Source: an uncultured Acidimicrobiia bacterium
GTDB lineage: Bacteria; Actinomycetota; Acidimicrobiia; Acidimicrobiales; AC-14
Reading direction: 5' to 3'
Length of the DNA: 64,000 nucleotides
NCBI GenBank assembly: GCA_963836205.1
Contig: CAWIIV010000015.1
Span: 423,323 to 487,322 of the forward strand
Positions 1 through 9,595 of the stretch are shown here, in pieces (the stretch's first letter is position 1; each line of letters starts with the position of its first letter). A program made the position numbers and the translations under genes. The notes beneath the pieces were generated by a model that was not told where the DNA came from, did no database searches, and worked only from the letters and a program-made list of their open reading frames with translations.

Positions 1-56
1 ATGCGTCGGCGGGTCCTGGGTCGTCGGGGTAGTCGAGGTCGAGGGCTTCTCGGCCG

Positions 57-1679
57 TCACCACAACCGGCCGGGCCGTCGGAGCCGGGGCCGCCCGCCGC
101 TTCTTGCCCCCACTCCGCTGGTGATGAGGCTTCTTGGCCACCGGCGCCGCCTTGGCCGCTGAGGTGGTCTTGGCCGGCGCGGGCGTCGTCGCCTCTTGGG
201 CTGGTTTAGGTGCGCCTGGCACCCCTTTTCCGACCACAGAAGCCTTGGGCGTCGGCGACGCGGTGACTTGGTCGGGCGCGGCGCCTGCGTCGGGGGCGGA
301 GGCTCGGCCGGAGGCGGCGGCGTGGTCGGAGGCGGCGGCGTGGTCGGGGCGGCGGCGTGGTCGGGTGCGGCGGCGTGGTCGGGTGCGGCGGCGTGGTCGG
401 GTGCGGCGGCGTGGTCGGGTGCGGCGGCGTGGTCGGGTGCGGCGGCGTGGTCGGGTGCGGCGGCCTGGTCGGCTGCTGCCGCCTCTGGCAGCGCCGAGGC
501 GTCGCCCGGCTCCTCCGGCGCGCCGGATGCGTCGGATGCGGCGAGCCCGGTGGGCTCGACCGATGCAGCGGCCTGTGCTGCATCGTCCGGCATACCGGCG
601 GCCGCCTCGGCGAAGGCGCCGGCCTCAGCTGCATCGTCCGGCATACCGGCGGCCCCCGCGGCGATGGCGGCGTCATCGGGCGAGCCGGCCGCCTCGGGCG
701 AGCCGGCCGCCTCTGGTGAGCCGGCATCGTCGTGCCCATGCTCCGAGTGGGCTTCGTCCAGGGCTACCGCATCGTTCCGGGCGGCGACGGCCTCGTCCGG
801 TCCGGAAGCGCCATCGGCAGCGGAATCCTCCGGCGGGACCGCCGCGTCCGCGCCCGACCCGGTGCGCTCCCCCACCTCGGCCGCGTGGTCGGAGACCTCG
901 GCGCCCAGCGAGTCGACTACGGCCGATGCCATCGGCTCGCTGTCTGCATCCGCCACCCGCGGCCCGGCGGGCGGGGCGACGGCCCGGGTGGCGAGGGACG
1001 GGGTGGCCGTCCATCCCTTCCCGAAGTCCGACCCAGCGGCCTTCTCGATGGCCTTCAGCAACGCAGCCGCATCCTTGAACCGGTCCTTGGGCCGGGTCGA
1101 CGTCGCCCGGGCCACGACATCCTCCAGCTTCGGGTGACGGGCGCCGCCGGCCAGCAGGTCACGGAACACGGTCGCCACCGCCACCACGTCGGACCGGACG
1201 TCGGCCGGTCCGCGCCCGGGTAGGCCGGCGAAGCCGAATCCGACCAGCCGGGGCACGCCCCCGGCCGCCACCACGATGGTCGCCGGGGAGATGTCCCCGT
1301 GGACGACGCCCCGCCCGTGGACGGCGCCCAACCCCCGCAGGACGCCCGAGGCCAGCGTCACCGACTGCTCGGCCGTCAGCCGTCCGTCGGCAAGCACCTC
1401 GCCCAACTCCCGGCCCTCGACCCAGCTCTCCACCACCCACACCCGCCCGGGACCCTCGACGACCTCCCGGATGGGCAGCACGTTCGGATGGCCGACCTTG
1501 GCCAGCGCCGCCACTGTCGAGCGGAGGCGACCAAGGACGGCTGCGTCCGACGCCGCCGCCGGGCTCAGCTCGGTGACGGCGACCGCCTCGCCGGTCGGCA
1601 GGTGCCTGGCCCACGACACCGCGCCGGTGGGTCCGACGGCCGGTGCGTCGGCGAGGGCGTAGTCGTCGAAGCCCCCCAC
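57..1679 (-). CDS. Ser/Thr kinase-like protein (probable pseudokinase) with Ala/Pro-rich repeat tail; likely frameshifted near 347 and continuing off the left edge
   Basis: HPNV, VHGDISPATI and RLVGFG resemble Hanks kinase subdomains; PDHAAA repeats in the tail. Confidence 0.7.
   Translation of the reverse strand: MGGFDDYALADAPAVGPTGAVSWARHLPTGEAVAVTELSPAAASDAAVLGRLRSTVAALAKVGHPNVLPIREVVEGPGRVWVVESWVEGRELGEVLADGRLTAEQSVTLASGVLRGLGAVHGRGVVHGDISPATIVVAAGGVPRLVGFGFAGLPGRGPADVRSDVVAVATVFRDLLAGGARHPKLEDVVARATSTRPKDRFKDAAALLKAIEKAAGSDFGKGWTATPSLATRAVAPPAGPRVADADSEPMASAVVDSLGAEVSDHAAEVGERTGSGADAAVPPEDSAADGASGPDEAVAARNDAVALDEAHSEHGHDDAGSPEAAGSPEAAGSPDDAAIAAGAAGMPDDAAEAGAFAEAAAGMPDDAAQAAASVEPTGLAASDASGAPEEPGDASALPEAAAADQAAAPDHAAAPDHAAAPDHAAAPDHAAAPDHAAAPDHAAAPTTPPPPTTPPPPAEPPPPTQAPRPTKSPRRRRPRLLWSEKGCQAHLNQPKRRRRPRRPRPPQRPRRRRWPRSLITSGVGARSGGRPRLRRPGRLW
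330..470. repeat. 18-bp tandem repeat (CGGCGGCGTGGTCGGGTG), about 7-8 units, encoding PDHAAA on the minus strand
   Basis: Directly visible; one unit near 347 is 1 nt short. Confidence 0.9.
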
Positions 1680-1749
1680 CGCTCCCCCTTCACCCGATCA
1701 AGAGGAGGCTAGCCCGGCGTCCCGGCCCGCTCCCGTACACTCGGCGGAG

Positions 1750-2622
1750 GTGTCTCGGAGCCAGCTCGTCATCGCCCAGCTGTCCGACCTGCACTGCGGG
1801 TCGCCCTTCTTCGACGGCGAGCTGTTGGCCGACGCGGTCCGGGAGACGATCGCCCTCGACCCCGACCTGGTGGTGATCGGCGGCGACCTCACCCAGGAAG
1901 GCTACGCGGGCGAGTTCACCACCGCCCAGCACTTCCTCGAGCCCCTGTTCGAGCACGGCCTCACCGTGCTCGTGATCCCCGGCAACCACGACTCCAAGAA
2001 CGTGGGCTACCTGCACTTCCGGGACACGTTCGGCGTGGGCGACGTGGCCGACAAGGGCGACCGGGTCCTCTCCCTCACGCTTCCCGGGCGAAACGGACCT
2101 GGTTTTCTGAACTCAGGCCCGATGCGGGTTCGGGTGGTGGCCATCGACTCGTCCAAGCCCGATCTGGCCGAGGGTGAGGTCGGCCGGGAGCGCTACACCT
2201 GGATCCGTGACCAGTTCGCGGGGGAGGCGGACTTCAAGATCTTCGTCCTCCACCACCACCTGGTCCCCGTCCCCGGCACCGGCCGGGAGCGCAACACGGT
2301 CTGGGACGCGGGCGACGTCCTGGCCCTGCTCACCGAGCTCAAGGTCGACCTGGTCCTGTCCGGGCACAAGCACGTCCCCCACGTGTGGCTCCTCGACCAC
2401 GTGCTGATCGTGAACTCGGGCACCGTGTCGTCCCACCGGCTCCGGGGCTACACCCGGCCCTCGTACAACATCCTGGAGGTTTCGCCGGAGGAGGTCCGGG
2501 TCACCCTCAAGTACCCGGGAACCGGCGAGCGGTTGGCGGGCGTGCTCGACCGGGGACGGATGGCCCTGGAGTCGAGTGCGGAGCTGGCGGGCATGTTCGC
2601 CAAGGCCCAATGGAAGCCATAG
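1750..2622 (+). CDS. Metallophosphoesterase (Icc/CpdA-like)
   Basis: SDLH, GDLT, GNHD, HHH and GHKH motifs. Confidence 0.9.
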   Translation: MSRSQLVIAQLSDLHCGSPFFDGELLADAVRETIALDPDLVVIGGDLTQEGYAGEFTTAQHFLEPLFEHGLTVLVIPGNHDSKNVGYLHFRDTFGVGDVADKGDRVLSLTLPGRNGPGFLNSGPMRVRVVAIDSSKPDLAEGEVGRERYTWIRDQFAGEADFKIFVLHHHLVPVPGTGRERNTVWDAGDVLALLTELKVDLVLSGHKHVPHVWLLDHVLIVNSGTVSSHRLRGYTRPSYNILEVSPEEVRVTLKYPGTGERLAGVLDRGRMALESSAELAGMFAKAQWKP

Positions 2623-2638
2623 GGAGGAGGCAGCCCTG

Positions 2639-2947
2639 ATGCCCGAGTGCCTCAGGTTGTTCCAGAGCGCGGTCGACCCCGACGAGGTGGTCGAGTTGCG
2701 GCGCTTGTTCCTCGACGACGTCCGGCCCGCCTTTGCCGTGGTACCCGGCTGCCTCGGGATCGAGCTGGCCGTGAGCGACCACTCCAACGCCGGCGGCCTG
2801 GTCGACGTCGACGCCATCTCCCGCTGGTCGTCGGCCGACGAGATGGACGCCGGCATCGCCTCCCGACCGATCCAGGAGGCGGTCGTGCGCTTCCGCTCCC
2901 TGCTGCGCCAGGAGCCAGTGGCCAAGGTGCTCAAAGTCCTGGCGTGA
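2639..2947 (+). CDS. Small ABM/dimeric alpha-beta barrel-like protein
   Basis: GGAGG RBS before ATG 2639; 102 aa with VPGCLG and ISRWSS pattern; stop overlaps the next start. Confidence 0.55.
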   Translation: MPECLRLFQSAVDPDEVVELRRLFLDDVRPAFAVVPGCLGIELAVSDHSNAGGLVDVDAISRWSSADEMDAGIASRPIQEAVVRFRSLLRQEPVAKVLKVLA

Positions 2948-3534
2948 CCGGTCCCCTTTCCATCGGGCCGCTGGCCGTGCTCCTGCCGGTGAAGTCGTTC
3001 GACGAGGCCAAGCGCCGGCTCGCGCCCGCACTCGGCCCGGCCGAGCGGGCCCGGCTGGCCCGAGCCATGGCCACGTCGGTGGTGGCGTCGGCCGCTCCCC
3101 TTCCTACCGCGGTGGTATGCGACGACGCCGACGTGGCCGCGTGGGCCCGCGACCTCGGCGCGCTGGTGGTCTGGGAGCCGGAGCGGGGTCTCAACCGGGC
3201 CGTCGAGGCCGGGGTCGAACGGCTCGGGACGGCGGGTGCCCGGCGGGTGATCGTCGCCCATGCCGACCTGCCCCTGGCTCGGGATCTCGTGTGGGTGGGC
3301 CGCTTCGCCGGCGTGACCCTCGTCCCCGACCGCAGTGGCGGCGGCACCAACGCCATCTGCGTCCCCACCGGGGCCGGCTTCACCTTCTCCTACGGTCCGG
3401 GCTCGTTCGCCCGCCACGGCGCCGAGGCCCACCGGCTCGGGCTGGCCCTGCGGGTGGTGCGGGAGCCTTCCTTGGCTGCGGATGTCGACGTGCCCGCCGA
3501 CCTCGGCTTCGCCACGGCCGGGCTGGCGACGTGA
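2944..3534 (+). CDS. cofC: 2-phospho-L-lactate/PEP guanylyltransferase (F420 biosynthesis)
   Basis: PVKSFDEAKRRL, ADLP, GGTNA, YGPGSF and DVDVPADL motifs; GTGA overlaps on both sides. Confidence 0.88.
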   Translation: MTGPLSIGPLAVLLPVKSFDEAKRRLAPALGPAERARLARAMATSVVASAAPLPTAVVCDDADVAAWARDLGALVVWEPERGLNRAVEAGVERLGTAGARRVIVAHADLPLARDLVWVGRFAGVTLVPDRSGGGTNAICVPTGAGFTFSYGPGSFARHGAEAHRLGLALRVVREPSLAADVDVPADLGFATAGLAT

Positions 3535-4257
3535 CCGTCAACCTCAACCCGCCCGCGCGGGCGCTGGCCATCGGCGCCCACCCCGACGACGTCGAGTTCG
3601 GTGCCGGCGGCACCCTGGCCAAGTGGGCGGCGGCCGGCTGCGAGATCTCCCACCTGGTCTGCACCGACGGGTCGAAGGGTTCGTGGGACCCGGCCGACGA
3701 CGTGGCCGCCCTCGTCGCCACCCGTCAGGAGGAGCAACGAGCCGCTTCCCGGGCGCTGGGCGGGATCGGGTCGGTGATCTTCCTCGGGTGGCGCGACGGC
3801 GAGTTGGAGTCGGGGCTGCGCCAACGGTGGGAGGTCTGCTACTGGATCCGGCGGCTGCGCCCGGACGTCGTGCTCGGCCACGACCCGTGGAAGCGCTACC
3901 GGCTCCACCCCGACCACCGCCACGCCGGGTACCTGGCCGTAGAGGGCATCGTCGCCGCCCGCGACCCCCATTTTTTCCCGGAGCAGAAGGTCGACCATCA
4001 CCGGCCGTCGGCGTTGCTCCTGTGGGAGGCCGACGAGCCCGACCACACGGAGGACGTCTTCGGCTATCCTCGACGCCAAGGTGGCCGCCCTGCTGGAGCA
4101 CCGCAGCCAGTTCCGGTCGACGATGCACATCGACGACCCGTCGTCGGAGGAGCAGGTCGAGGCATTCCGGGGCCTCGTGCGGGAACGGGCCAACGAGGCC
4201 GGCCGCGACCACGCCTTCCGCTACGCGGAACGGTTCAAGATCATCACCAAGCTCTGA
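3531..4257 (+). CDS. PIG-L family deacetylase (frameshift near 4068)
   Basis: AHPDD and HPDH motifs; C-terminus DAKVAALLEHRSQ...AERF continues in another frame to TGA 4255-4257. Confidence 0.85.
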
Positions 4258-4301
4258 CCGACGACGCCGGCCGGCCCCCGGCTCCATGGGCATTCCTCGC
4301 C

Positions 4302-5449
4302 TCACCACCCCGGCTCCGCTCTCGGTGGTGACGTGGCCCGGACCATGCCGTTGGGGTCGGTGACCTCGAAGGTGGCGTCGGGCAGGAGCTTGGCCTGCCA
4401 GTCGGGCTGGTGGAGGCGGTGGTGATGGCGGCTGCACAGCAGGACGAGGTTGTCGATCTCGGTCGGCCCGCCGTGGGTGACCCAGCGCACGTGGTGGGCC
4501 TCGCACCACGACGAGGGACGATCACAGCCCGGGAAGCGGCATCCCTCGTCCCGGATGACCAGTGCGCTCCACAGGGTGACGGGGATGGTCCTCGTCGACG
4601 TGCCGTAGTCGAGGATGGCCGAGCGGCCCCTGGTCAGGACCCGGTGCAGCGCCGGAGTCGCACAACATCGTCGACAGGGTCGGCCCGTCGAGTCCGGGAC
4701 CGCCGATGACCCGTCCGCCCCGGCCCTCCTGGAGGGCGTCGAGGTCGACGACCACGTTGAGATGGGGACGGTGGCGACCTGCGGGGATGGACTGCTGGTG
4801 GTCGAGGAAGAACCGGCTCACGGCCACGAGGGCCTCGGCCCGGCGCTGGGCCGGGCTGAGCCCGGGATCGTCCACCGTGGCCAGGCGCAGGGCGGTGGCC
4901 ACCACGGCCCCGCCCTCGGCGTCGAGATGGCCCTCGATGACGTGGCGGCCGTCCAACGTCGCCGACAGGTGCAGGCTGCGCTCGGGCTCGGCTGAGTCCT
5001 TGGCTTCCTCGACCTGTTCCTTCCAGGCGGCCATGGCCCGGGCACAGCCGGCCAGGGTCAACGGAGCCAGGTAGGGAACCAGCTCGGACTCGGCCTCGGC
5101 GAAGGCGTCGATGGTGGCGTCGTCGAGCTTGGCCACGATCACCTCGACCTGGCCCTTGGCCAGTGTCCCGTTGCGCGAAGGCGGCGGCGCAGACCGGGAG
5201 CTTCCGCAGCCGGCCGGCGAGCGATACCAGGCCATGAGCCGACCTCGAGGTCATGGAGGCCTTGTCCCGCAGCCAGGCCGTCATCGACGTGGCCCCGTCC
5301 AGGTCCCACAAACCGGCGGCGTCGAAGTCGCCCACGGCCTCGGCGATGCGGGCGTCGAGGCGATCCCGCAGGGCCAGCAGCTTCGCCAACGCACCACCCT
5401 CGGTCGGCACCCGCAGCTTCTCGATCGCCTCGGCCAGGTCCTCCAGCAC
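4302..5449 (-). CDS. DUF222-domain HNH endonuclease (13E12-like), split by frameshifts near 5175 and 4650
   Basis: RDEGCRFPGC, CEAHH, GGPTEIDNLVLLCSRHH; N-terminal WDLDGATSMTAWL and QRRAEAL motifs. Confidence 0.85.
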
Positions 5450-5457
5450 GGTCCCAA

Positions 5458-5473
5458 TCGTACTAGTGTTCGA
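5458..5473 (-). promoter_or_regulatory. LexA (SOS) box overlapping a TACGAT -10 element
   Basis: Minus strand reads TCGAACACTAGTACGA, one mismatch to the actinobacterial TCGAAC-N4-GTTCGA consensus, just upstream of GTG 5449. Confidence 0.65.
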
Positions 5474-5640
5474 TCGATGATGCAAGACACTCAGGCAATA
5501 TTATGGGCGTCGGGCTCCTATGCGTTGAGCCCAAAGAGTAGGAGCCCCTAGAAGGGCAAACGCCTAGCCGTCACGGACCACGCCTTCGTGAGCCGCCGGG
5601 TATGAACGACGAGCCGGCACCGGCGGCCTCGCGGGGGTTG

Positions 5641-5843
5641 GACTGGTCGAGGGCGGACTGGTCGGGGGCGGACTGGTCGGGGGCGGACTGGTCGGCGGGC
5701 TGGTCGGGGGCGGACTGGTCGGGGCCGGACTGGTCGGGGCCGGACTGGTCGGGGCCGGCCGGGTCGGGGCCGGCCGGGTCGGGGCCGGCCGGGTCGGGGG
5801 CGGCCGGGTCGGGGCCGGCCGGGTCGGGGCGGACTGGTCGGGG
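5641..5843. repeat. 15-bp tandem repeat (GGCGGACTGGTCGGG / GCCGGCCGGGTCGGG), about 14 units
   Basis: Directly visible; would encode PDQSA/PDPAG on the minus strand. Confidence 0.9.
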
Positions 5844-6209
5844 TTATCTGGCCGGGGGCTAGTCCGGGCTCGGTCCGGGGGGCGGGTCGAGGGCCCGGTC
5901 GGAGGTCCTCGAGGGTCTCTCGGGGCTGGTCTCTCGCGGCGACCTGGTCTCATCCTGGCCGTCTGATCTCGCGGCCGCGGCATTCGGCGACCGCGTCGTG
6001 GCTGGTGGACGGGCGGGAGCGGACGGGCTCCGAAGGGGCGAGCCGCCCCGGCCAGGGCCGTCACCTGGGTGCGATCTGATGGCTGGCGCCGATGGCCGGA
6101 GCCGCATCGCCCGGGAAGGCCGCGGCGGCAGGTGGCCGGCGCCCGGCCCCGCGTTCTCGGCCCATGTGGCCCGGACCGGCGTCCACGCCCAATTCCCCGC
6201 CGCCCCGCC

Positions 6210-7040
6210 TTACCCCTTGGGCAGCCCTCCCGGGTCGGGCGCACCCACCCCGCACGCGCATGCCCGTTCGACCGGAACATTCGGCACCGCGCGCGCCAAC
6301 GTCGCCTGCACCTTCTCGATGTTCGCGGCCAGCACCTTGAACACGATCTCGATCGTCACCGGTTCGATCCCGGCGACACCCTCGAGCCCGGCGTCGTAGT
6401 CCGTAACCAGCGCCACTCCCGAGTAGCACATTCCCAACTCTCGGGCCAGGATCGCCTCGGGGTATTGGGTCATGTTGACGACCTCCCACCCGGCCGATCC
6501 GAACCAGCGCGATTCCGCCCGCGTCGAGAAACGCGGCCCTTGAATAACCACCACCGTCCCCGTCTCGTGGACCACGACCCCCTCCGCCCGGGCCGCCGCG
6601 ATCACCGCCTGTCGCAGCTCCGGGCAGTAAGGGTCGGCGAAGGAGACATGTGCGAGCGTGGGGCCGTCGAAGAACGTGTCCGCCCGGCCGCTCGTGCGGT
6701 CGACGAGTTGGTCGACCACCACGAACTCCCCCGGCTTCACGTGGGGTTGCAGCGAGCCCACCGAGCACGGGGCCAGGACCCGCCGCACCCCGAGCCGCCG
6801 CAACGCCCACAGGTTGGCCCGGAAATTGACCTTGTGGGGTGGGAACTCGTGGTCGACCCCGTGCCGGGCCAGGAAAGCGACGTGCCGGCCGCCCAGCTCG
6901 CCCACCGCGACCTTGGCCGACGGCGGTCCGAACGGGCGTGGCGACGGCCACTTCCCGCAGGTTGTCGAGAAAGCGGTAGAAACCGGTGCCGCCGAAGATC
7001 CCGATCTCGGCCGCCGGGAGCGCCACCGCCACCGAGGTGA
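6210..7040 (-). CDS. mtnP: S-methyl-5'-thioadenosine phosphorylase (frameshift near 6935)
   Basis: IGIFGGTG N-terminus in one frame; FLARHG, VGSL, GPRFSTRAES, VNMT and VTDYD in the next. Confidence 0.88.
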   Translation of the reverse strand, partial: SPRWRWRSRRPRSGSSAAPVSTAFSTTCGKWPSPRPFGPPSAKVAVGELGGRHVAFLARHGVDHEFPPHKVNFRANLWALRRLGVRRVLAPCSVGSLQPHVKPGEFVVVDQLVDRTSGRADTFFDGPTLAHVSFADPYCPELRQAVIAAARAEGVVVHETGTVVVIQGPRFSTRAESRWFGSAGWEVVNMTQYPEAILARELGMCYSGVALVTDYDAGLEGVAGIEPVTIEIVFKVLAANIEKVQATLARAVPNVPVERACACGVGAPDPGGLPKG

Positions 7041-7541
7041 CTACGCGGAGCGGGCGGTGTCCTTGGACCCGCCGGTGTCGCCCGACCCCGACCCCGACGA
7101 CTTGTCCGACCCCTTCGAATCCCCGGACGACCTCGAATCCCCGGACGACCTCGAATCCCCGGACGACCTCGAATCCCCGGACGACCTCGAATCCCCGGAC
7201 GACTTGGAGTCGCCACCGTTGGAGTCGCCGCCCTTGGAGTCGCCACCCTTGGAATCCTTCGAGTCCCCGCCCGAAGAGCCCGACTCGGACGACTTGCCGT
7301 CGGCGGAGACCGGCTCCCGGTCCTTGTCGCGCTCGGCCGGGCGGGTGCCGTCGGGCCGGTAGGGGCTCCGATGGTCGGTGCGGTAGAAGCCGGGGCCGCG
7401 CAGGACGATGCCCGGGCTGGAGAACACCTTGCGCAGCACGCCGCCGCACGTGGAGCACTCGGTGAGGGGGTCGTCCTTGAACGACTGCTTCACTTCGGTG
7501 CGCTCGCCGCACGACTTGCAGGCGTATTCGTACTTGGGCAT
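7041..7541 (-). CDS. FmdB family zinc-ribbon protein with SSGDSR low-complexity tail
   Basis: MPKYEYACKSCG...CSTCGG...GPGFYRTD; 18-bp repeats at about 7115-7205. Confidence 0.9.
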   Translation of the reverse strand: MPKYEYACKSCGERTEVKQSFKDDPLTECSTCGGVLRKVFSSPGIVLRGPGFYRTDHRSPYRPDGTRPAERDKDREPVSADGKSSESGSSGGDSKDSKGGDSKGGDSNGGDSKSSGDSRSSGDSRSSGDSRSSGDSRSSGDSKGSDKSSGSGSGDTGGSKDTARSA

Positions 7542-7642
7542 TCAGATCCTCAGACGGCGGGCGCTAGCAGTCGACACGGTGGAGTGCCAGCCAGCATACG
7601 CCACCCCTTGCCGTATGGCGGGGGAGGTCCCCCTCTACGATT

Positions 7643-8713
7643 GTGTCGGTGGACGACCTGGCCTCGCGAGTCCGCGAGCTCGAGGGGATGCGGGACGCCT
7701 TTCTCGACGCCCTCGCCCGCCTGGGCGACGCCATGGCGTCCACCCACGACCGCAGCGTCCTCATCGCCGCCCTCCTCCGGGTGACGGCCTCGTACCTGGA
7801 CGCGCCGGCCGCCGTCTTCTACGTGTCCGTCGCCGGTAGCGAGCGGCTGCGGGCGATCGACAAGGTCGGAATCGACGACGACGTACCCGACCTCGGCCCG
7901 GGCGAGGGCATCGCCGGCCGCTCCGCCCGCACCCGCCAGGTAACGGTGTGGCCGCCGGACGACCTCGTCGAGCCAGGAGACGCCCGCCCGTCCGAGTCCG
8001 AGCCGGCCGGCGACGCGACGACGGCCCTTGGCGTTCCGGTGCGCTCGGGCAACAACCCCTTCGGCGTCCTGGCCTACTACGGACGGAACAAGGGCCGTCC
8101 CTACGACAGCGACGACGTGGCCATGCTCAGCGCCATCGTCCGCCAGGCCGAGATCGCCATCGACAGCAGCTTCCTGTACGACGAGGCCACCCGCCTGTCG
8201 CTCACCGACGGCCTGACCGGGCTGTGGAACCGTCGCCACCTGGCCCTGCGCATCGAGGCCGAGCTGTCGCGGGCCGTCCGGTTCGGCGAGCCCTTCTCCG
8301 TCCTCTACCTCGACCTCGACGGGTTCAAGCCGGTGAACGACACCCTCGGCCACCAGGCGGGCGACACCGTCCTCATCGAGACCGCCCGCCGCCTCACCGA
8401 CGCCACCCGCGAGGTCGACATCGTGGCCCGGCCGGGGGGCGACGAGTTCACCCTCCTGCTGCCCCGGACGGGGCTGGCCGGTGCCCTCCGCCTGGCCGAC
8501 AAGATCCGCACCGCCGTCGGCGGCCGCCCCTTCGACCTCGACGGCAACCCGGTGGAGGTATCGGTCTCGGTAGGTGTGGCCGCCTACCCTGAACACGGGT
8601 CGTCGGGAAAGGAGCTCCTGGCGGCAGCCGACCGGGCCCTCTACCGGGCGAAGGCCGGCGGAAGGAACCGGGTGGAACACGCCCACGGCGACGTGACGGG
8701 AGGTCTCGCGTGA
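7643..8713 (+). CDS. GAF-GGDEF diguanylate cyclase
   Basis: TDGLTGLWNRR, DLDGFKPVND, REVD (RxxD I-site), GGDEF, ADRALYRAK. Confidence 0.93.
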   Translation: MSVDDLASRVRELEGMRDAFLDALARLGDAMASTHDRSVLIAALLRVTASYLDAPAAVFYVSVAGSERLRAIDKVGIDDDVPDLGPGEGIAGRSARTRQVTVWPPDDLVEPGDARPSESEPAGDATTALGVPVRSGNNPFGVLAYYGRNKGRPYDSDDVAMLSAIVRQAEIAIDSSFLYDEATRLSLTDGLTGLWNRRHLALRIEAELSRAVRFGEPFSVLYLDLDGFKPVNDTLGHQAGDTVLIETARRLTDATREVDIVARPGGDEFTLLLPRTGLAGALRLADKIRTAVGGRPFDLDGNPVEVSVSVGVAAYPEHGSSGKELLAAADRALYRAKAGGRNRVEHAHGDVTGGLA

Positions 8714-9594
8714 AGAAAGGGGTTCGGAAGGCGGTCATCCCCGCCGCAGGCCTCGGCACCCGCTTCCTGCCCGCCACCAAGGCCCAGCCCAAGGAGATGC
8801 TGCCGGTCGTCGACAAGCCGGCCATCCAGCACGTGGTCGAGGAGGCGGTGCGGGCCGGGATCCGCGACATCCTCATCATCACCGGCCGGGGCAAGCGCTC
8901 GGTGGAGGACCACTTCGACCGGTCCTTCGAGCTTGAGCACTACCTGGAGAAGGCGGGCAAGTTCGACCAGCTCAAGCAGATGCAAGAGATCGCGGAGATG
9001 GCCGACATCCACTACGTCCGCCAGGGGGAGCCCCTCGGACTGGGTCACGCGGTGTCGGTGGCCCGCCAGCACGTCGGCGACGAGCCCTTCGTGGTCCTCC
9101 TGGGCGACGACATCATGACCGAGACGTCGCCCGTCCTGCAGGAGATGCTCGAAGTCCACGAGCACTACGGGCGCTCGGTGCTGGCCCTCAAGGAGTTCCC
9201 CCGCCAGGACATCTCCGCCTACGGGTGCGTCCTGCCGGAGGCGGTCGACGACACGCTGGTCCGCATCCTCGGCATCGTCGAGAAGCCGCGGCCGGAGGAC
9301 GCCCCGTCGAACTTGGCCGTCATGGGCCGCTACATCTTCACGCCGGAGATCTTCGACGCGCTCGAGCGCACGCAACCGGGGGCCAACGGCGAGATCCAGC
9401 TCACCGACGCCGTCGCCATCCTCCTCAAGGAGCAGACGGTGTACGGCTTCCTGTTCGAGGAAGGCCGCTTCGACATCGGCGACAAGCTCGATTACCTGCG
9501 GGCAACCGTCGAGCTCGCCATCGACCGGCCCGACCTCGGACCCGAGTTCCGCACCTTCCTGGCTCAGCTCGTCCAGCGGAAGAGACTCGTCTGA
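8710..9594 (+). CDS. galU: UTP-glucose-1-phosphate uridylyltransferase
   Basis: KAVIPAAGLGTRFLPATKAQPKEMLP, VEKP, GEIQLTDA. Confidence 0.96.
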   Translation: MKKGVRKAVIPAAGLGTRFLPATKAQPKEMLPVVDKPAIQHVVEEAVRAGIRDILIITGRGKRSVEDHFDRSFELEHYLEKAGKFDQLKQMQEIAEMADIHYVRQGEPLGLGHAVSVARQHVGDEPFVVLLGDDIMTETSPVLQEMLEVHEHYGRSVLALKEFPRQDISAYGCVLPEAVDDTLVRILGIVEKPRPEDAPSNLAVMGRYIFTPEIFDALERTQPGANGEIQLTDAVAILLKEQTVYGFLFEEGRFDIGDKLDYLRATVELAIDRPDLGPEFRTFLAQLVQRKRLV

Positions 9595-9595
9595 A

